Source: Eledone cirrhosa (Eukaryota). From it: 64,000 bases of DNA. Positions 57,771 through 64,000 of this stretch are shown here, in pieces (positions within the stretch are counted from its first letter, which is position 1; every line of letters begins with the position of its first letter). The position numbers and the translations under genes were made by a program. A model generated the notes under the pieces. The model did no database searches and was not told the DNA's origin. It saw only the letters and a list, made by a program, of their open reading frames with translations. The stretch is taken from assembly GCA_964016885.1 (NCBI GenBank), contig OZ024740.1, positions 17,484,001 to 17,548,000 of the forward strand, in the 5' to 3' direction.

Positions 57771-60702
57771 TATTGCAGTAATGCACTGGAGTTTCTATTA
57801 GTGTTTTTTTTTTGTACTCCTTCCCCAAATTTGTGGCCATGTGCCTATGTTAGAAATCCCCGTTATTATTGGTGTAGCCCCTTCGCTACCACAGTTACAG
57901 CTCCCCTCATTTTGAATATGTTTACCTCTCTGTTCAACCCCCCTACCTCACCCCTTTCATACAGCCTTTGGTTCTGCTGCTGCTTCTCTGGTCATGTCAT
58001 CTTTATTACTATCGTCCACTATCATCACTATTATCGCCTCCACTATCATCATCACTATACTCTTGATAGATTTAAGAATCAGAAAACAATTTAAAAACTA
58101 AACAAGGAACCAAGATGAGGAGTGTCTGTCCATCCCAAAACACACACATCAAGACCATTCTTCCTGTCTTGGAATAAGATGACTAGCTTTCTTCTTTCTG
58201 CTTCCTCTACCGACAGAAACAGTAAATGCCAGAGTGCCAACTTAAATATGTCTTAAAACATTTAGATTTGTTATTCATTGGAGATGTTGAGTCCAAATAT
58301 GGCAGAATGGTTGATTTTCCTCCCAGAAGTCTCAGTAATAACATCATGGACAGAGAAGTTCATTTGATTGATTCAACAAGTCCTTTTACTAATGTTAGAT
58401 GATAATTACAGGAGTAATAGTTAGTTATTATTGGATTGGCAATATCGGTAGAGCGTCGAACACCATGCTTTGCAGCATAGAGTTACGGCCCTTTACGTTC
58501 TGAGTTCAAATTCCACCGGGGTTAGCTTTGCCTTTCATCCTTACGGGGTCGATAAAATAAAGTACCAGTAATGCACTGGGGGGTCGATTTAATCAACTTT
58601 CCCGTCTCTCCAAATTGCTGGCCTTGTGCTTAAATCAGAAAGCATTATTATTACTGTTATTGCCTCCTGTCACTGCATTAATGAGCACAGCTCTAAGCAC
58701 CTTGGGTATGTGCAGTGTTGCTTTTAGTTTTGTTATTTTTATTGTATTAAAAATATTCTTTATAATAGGTATACAGTGCCTAGTAGTTTTATTATTATTA
58801 CTAGTGTTGTATATTTTTAGAATTGGTAGTGATACCTTGTGGTGTTTAGTGATAGTCTTTCCTATTCTGAATTCAAATCTTGCCATGATCGATAAAATAT
58901 GTTCCAATCATGTAGTGTGGTCAATTTACTTGACAACAGCTCTTCTCTCCGTTGTGGTTCTTGTACCCTAACGTACAAAACATTGTTATACCAGTGATGT
59001 ATTGGTGTAGATATAATCAACGAAGCTATTTCCCCATAAAACACTGAGTGGATGGCTTTGTGCTTATGTTAAAAATCCTTTTTATAGGGCGGTTGATTGG
59101 CAGACAACATGCTTTGTAGCATAGAGTTGCGTTCCTTTACGTTCTGAGTTTAAATCCTGCCGAGATTAGCTTTGCTATTCATCCTTATGGGGTTAATAAG
59201 AGTACCAGTAAGACACTGGGGTCGATTTAATCTACTTTCCCCCAACATTTTGGCCTTGTAAATCAGAAACCATTATTCTGTCTTAAATATGAGCCGAGTG
59301 CTTGGGATAGATCCCGATTGAAATATACTCACTTTATGGGAGAGTTATGTTCCTGCGATAAAACATCAATACTTCACACATAATTCTCTTCTTGCTAATC
59401 TCTTTATGTAAATTTGCAGTTTTGTACTGAATTAAGGCCAACATGTTTAGCTTAACCTGCCTCTCTCACTGCTGGTCTTCCTTCTCATCATTACAGAAGT
59501 CTTAAATAACCCCCAATAGCCGGGCTGGCCCCTCAATAATTAATCTCTTTGATACATATCACCGGTTCAGCAACGTTCTTCTTTATATTAATTATATCAG
59601 GTAGGCAAGGCACCGTGCTTCCCCCCACCCCACATTGACTATCTCTCTATATATAGTACTTGTATGTGTGTGTGTGTATATATATATATATATGTGTGTG
59701 TGTATGTATGTGTGTATATATATATATATACACACACACATGATTTTTAACGAGATGAAATTGATCAGTGATCGAGGACTTTGACCTCTCTAGATAAAAA
59801 CATAGTTTATATATTGAGTCCTTTTTCTTACAAAGGGAGCCAATGCTATTATTGTTAAAAAATATACACAAGAATGTAATTTAAGCTTCAGAAATAGAGG
59901 TCATATTATACAAAAACAAATACAGTGTGTGTGTGTATATGTATATGGATATATATGGAATGTGTGTATAGCTTCTTCTGCTCCATCTATACTTTTCCCT
60001 CTAATCCATTCACATCATTTTGTTCTTAATAACCTCTGCTTTCCTTCTTTTTAAGTTTTCTCTGGATTTTTTTTGTTTTTCTTCTAGTTTTTTAAAGAAA
60101 ATTAATTATTTCTGACAATTCAATTATTTGTAATTAGTGTATCTTGAGCAGTGATTACAGTTAGCATCATTTGGTGCCTCTGTTTCTCTTTGTTTGGTAG
60201 GTTTGTGAGTGATTTGGTACACGAGATAACATGTAGTAGAGGTTGCTACGTGTAACACCCACCACCCTACCTGGTCTTTGTGTAACTTTAGTAGAGTTGA
60301 ATCTTTTGTACCCATTCACACAATTTCTCTCTTGCAGGTACTGTTAATACTGGAGGTCAACCATCAATCTTTGATGGTGCTTCTTCACATATACACCCCC
60401 CCCCCTCCCTTCCTTTCTGGGTTTTTCCTGCAGGTCTTCAGAAACATTAGTAAATCAACAATCTAGTACTGTGGCTATGGTAAATATAATAGTTTGGCAA
60501 ATGCAGAGGTGAGGTGTAGGCAGGTATAACACTGTTTTGTTTAGAGCAGAGATCAGTGTAGGTGTGACATACTGGTGTAGGGCAGTGATGAATAGGTGTG
60601 TAATACTGGTTGGTGTAGGGCAGAAGTGAATAGAGATGCCATACTGGTTTGTGTAGAATAGAGGTGCAAATATTCAGGCAAAGATGGTAGTAGAGGAATC
60701 AT

Positions 60703-60944
60703 TGTGTAGGGTTGGTCAGTTGACCAACAACTGGTAATCCTCAGATCAACTGTATCCTACAATGTGTAGGGTTGGTCAGTAGACCAACCACTTGTGATCC
60801 ACAGATCAACTGTAACCTATAATGTGTGGTGTTGGTCAGTTGACCAACAACCGGTAATCCTCAGATCAACTGTATCCTACAATGTGTAGTGTTGGTCAGT
60901 TGACCAACCACTTGTGATCCACAGATCAACTGTAACCTACAATG
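60703..60944. repeat. 60-bp tandem repeat x4 with ABAB (120-bp) higher-order structure
   Basis: Lines 60721/60841 and 60781/60901 are pairwise near-identical; each unit has gttggtcagt.gaccaac. Confidence 0.93.
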
Positions 60945-61529
60945 TACTTGTAGTCAGTTATGTGACCCACAGATTCGGTTCTCCAGATATAACATCCTTC
61001 TCACTGTATATTTTAATATACATTGATACAGAGTGGTAGTCTAGGCATGGCACTCGACCTACTGCAAATAGCAGTTGAATCTCATTCAATCTTTGAAAAG
61101 TAAAATATGGAGAATCTAATTCTGAAAACATTGGTGTGGATTAGATGTGATGTACAGTGAAGATGAATAACATAGTAGATGGTGTAGGGTACATGTGGGA
61201 GCTCATGTTGGTTAGTGTAAGGTAAAGGTGGGTTAATTCACTAGCAGAGTTTGGTACAGTTGGAGCCCCGTGCTGATTTGTGTAGGGCAACAAGATTTAG
61301 TAGTTACATTACCAGATTGTGTAGTAAAATGTATAAAAATGGACCCCATGATAGTTGAGGGTGAAAAAGTTGTATGTGGCTTATATTCTGAGATTTGGTA
61401 GGCTTTGTTTCCATATCCATTGAAGCACCAGTGTTTGTGGGATTTCAGAGTTGGGCTACTTTACTAGAAACCTTAGGGTAACCTTATCAGTGAAAATTGG
61501 AAACTGTAAGCCTGTTGTGTGTGTGTGTT

Positions 61530-61880
61530 TATATATATATATATAATATATACGTATATATATATATATAATATACGTGTATATAATATATATACGTATA
61601 TATAATATATAGGTGTATATATATATATAATATATACGTGTATATATAATATATAGGTGTATATATAATATATACGTGTATATATAATATATAGGTGTAT
61701 ATATATAATATATACGTGTATATATATATATATATGTGTATATATATATAATATATACGTATATATAATATATATGTGTATATATATATATAATATATAC
61801 GTATATATTATATATGTGTGTATATATATATATATATACGTATACATATGTTTGTATATATGTGTATATGTATATATAAT
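61530..61880. repeat. AT-rich compound micro/minisatellite
   Basis: (ta)n interspersed with tataatatatacgtg / tataatatataggtg units. Confidence 0.9.
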
Positions 61881-62356
61881 ATTTTTCGCTGGTGCTCTTC
61901 AGACGAAGCCCTTTGCGATATTTTTTCTGTTATGAGTTATGGGGTCTCCCATCTAACCATCAGAAATGCAATGAACCAGTGATTGGCCTGTTGTAACCAA
62001 CGATGCTATAGTTCACCAAATGTGATATAAAATATATTGAAATAACTGAAATATTTTTATAAGCAAGATCTGAAGAGTAAATTTTTGAAATTTGATCTTC
62101 AACTGATTGTAATATAATTTGATGAAAAACAGAAACAGATCTTTGTTTCCATTTACAATTTAAATTGCGCTAGCATTTTCCTGACCCCCACCCTTTCTCT
62201 GTCTAATCTCTATCTATCTATCTATTTATCTTTTCCTTAGCATTTTGGATGAATTCAGTTGGCTTGCTTGTTTGGTTCTGATTTCTTTGTCAGGTGTATC
62301 AGTCTAGAAATCACTTTTGTATATTTACTTGTACACACACACATATACATTTACTT

Positions 62357-62554
62357 GGTGGATTGGCAGTATCGGTAGAGGGTCGGACGCCATGCTTTCC
62401 AGCATAGTTACGTCCCTTTACGATCTGAGTTCAAATCCCGCCGAGGTTGACTTTGCCTTTCATCCTTACAGGGTCGATAAAATAAAGTACCAGTAATGCA
62501 CTGGGTAATTGCTGGCCTTGTGCATTACTGGTACTTTATTTTATCGACCCTGTA
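62357..62554 (+). mobile_element. SINE family 1 ending in a fold-back of its own body
   Basis: 35-bp perfect inverted arms 62467..62501 and 62520..62554. Confidence 0.88.
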
Positions 62555-62584
62555 TATATGTTTGTGTGTGTGTGTATATATATA

Positions 62585-63125
62585 TATAATAATAATAATG
62601 AAATATTGTGTACAGTGCTCAGGTGCACTACAACTCATCAAAAAGTGTATGTATAGTACATAGGGTAATGTACAAACGTCAGGAAAATGAACAGTGCATG
62701 AGTCATGATACACACGTGTGCATGTGTATGGAAGGGGGACATCAGGTGTAGGTTTGGCGTATTTCGGGAAGCATGAGGGTTTTAAAGGATGCAGTGTCTC
62801 GGCAGCTAACAACTGACGCAGGCAGTTTGTTCCATGCTTCAGCAACTCTGAGCGTGAAAAAATGTCTACGAAAGTCATGGGAGCTGTGCTGTTTTCTGAT
62901 TTTGTAGGCATGTCCACGTGTGTTAGACACATGGAGATCAAAAAGGTGCTCAGGGTAGTTGTTGGCGAGATGGTTAATAACTCTGTGGGTATTTACCAAG
63001 TCCATTGCCAGACGTCGGAGCTTCAATGAATCCATGCCCAGGGAAGCAAGGTGTTCAGAGTATGGAGGGTATGCGCTTGGTTGCACGTCTCTGAACAGTT
63101 TCCAGGCGGTCAATGTTCTGAGCAA
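62585..63125 (-). mobile_element. CR1-clade LINE 3' fragment (ORF2 C-terminus plus 3' UTR, (att)n tail)
   Basis: SLKLRRLAMDL...TRGHAYKI...[21 protein letters not shown]...FK, the CR1-type C-terminal signature. Confidence 0.88.
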
Positions 63126-63407
63126 GATGGGGGTTCCAGACTATAAAATCAAATACATGCCTTGCATACTTGTCCTTCTTATTGCATCTGGAACCAAGAT
63201 GTCTTGTTTTCTAATTTCTCTGTCTTCTCCATTTTTTCCTCTTTGTCAGGATGAAGAGCTGTTTTTTTTTGTCATATATTTTCAGAGATGTTCTTGTCAC
63301 ACGAAAAGTATCAAGAATATTTAACAAATGCTTATGTCTCTACTTAAACTCATCTCAGTTAATTTTTCATCTTTTCACCACTAACTCTGCTTTCCATACT
63401 CATCTGT

Positions 63408-63411
<4 letters not shown>

Positions 63412-63493
<82 letters not shown>
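63412..63493. repeat. (CA)n microsatellite, about 41 units
   Basis: Direct reading. Confidence 0.97.
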
Positions 63494-63496
<3 letters not shown>

Positions 63497-64000
63497 CACT
63501 CTCTCTCTAACCTGACTGGTATTTGACTTCTTTTCTCTTTCTTCCTTTTTCTTGTCCTCTAAAAATATCCTCTTTTCCTTCTGTATTCTTTTCCGGTGAA
63601 GGACCATCGTCCAAAATGTTAAGACATATTTTTTAATTCCTTCCTGTAATGTGATGGTTTTTGGTACTGTCCATTCATGCTTATGTATGTATGTATGTAT
63701 GTGTGTGTGTGTGTGTGTATGTATGTGTGTTTATATATATGTATGTTTATATATATACAGGAAGGGTTGCTGAAATGTTTCTGGCTTGAGGTAAAAGAAA
63801 ATACAGGAGGATCAGTTATGATTTTATTCAATATATTCCCCTCTGATTCACACACTTATTGCAGCAGTTCTTCGGTTTTTCTAAGCCCTGTAAAAAGAAC
63901 TCAGAAGGTTGAGCCTCAAACCAGGAACTTTTCAGCCCCACCCGCCTTTATATTTGTAGATTTTAAGCCCCACTTTCACCATCACTGGTTTTTAGATATC

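Noticed and set aside
58615-58971. Hydrophobic 118-aa ORF resembling a membrane protein
   Set aside because: Starts inside a SINE tail; hydrophobicity follows from T-rich low-complexity DNA
61883-62095. Hammerhead-like strings at 61883..61902 (-) and about 62070 (+)
   Set aside because: First has only a 2-bp helix II and is cut off by (TA)n; second has no helix II; not supportable as ribozymes

Overview
Repeat-rich eukaryotic genomic DNA with long (TA)n/(CA)n tracts. The tRNA-derived SINE families resemble those of octopod cephalopods (inference; species not determinable here). One protein-coding gene spans most of the window on the + strand. Ten phase-compatible GT-AG exons (10389..55609, plus a candidate first coding exon 4953..5142) encode a Ser-rich, basic N-terminal region, then ankyrin repeats, then a C-terminal domain with the motif order of vertebrate MPP8/MPHOSPH8 (HUSH complex subunit). 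No chromodomain exon is visible. The introns and flanks carry a 5'-truncated RTE LINE with an uninterrupted 746-codon RT ORF and an embedded PHD-type finger, and a decayed Tx1/L1-clade LINE with an 8-bp TSD. They also carry piggyBac and maT/Tc1 transposase relics, TTAA- and TA-flanked MITEs, CR1 and RTE fragments, many SINEs, a tRNA-Gly pseudogene and several satellites. At least five clear and several degenerate type I hammerhead ribozyme motifs (Penelope/retrozyme-like) are present, some in or beside the loops of fold-back inverted repeats. Most ORFs in the supplied track are microsatellite or antisense artefacts.
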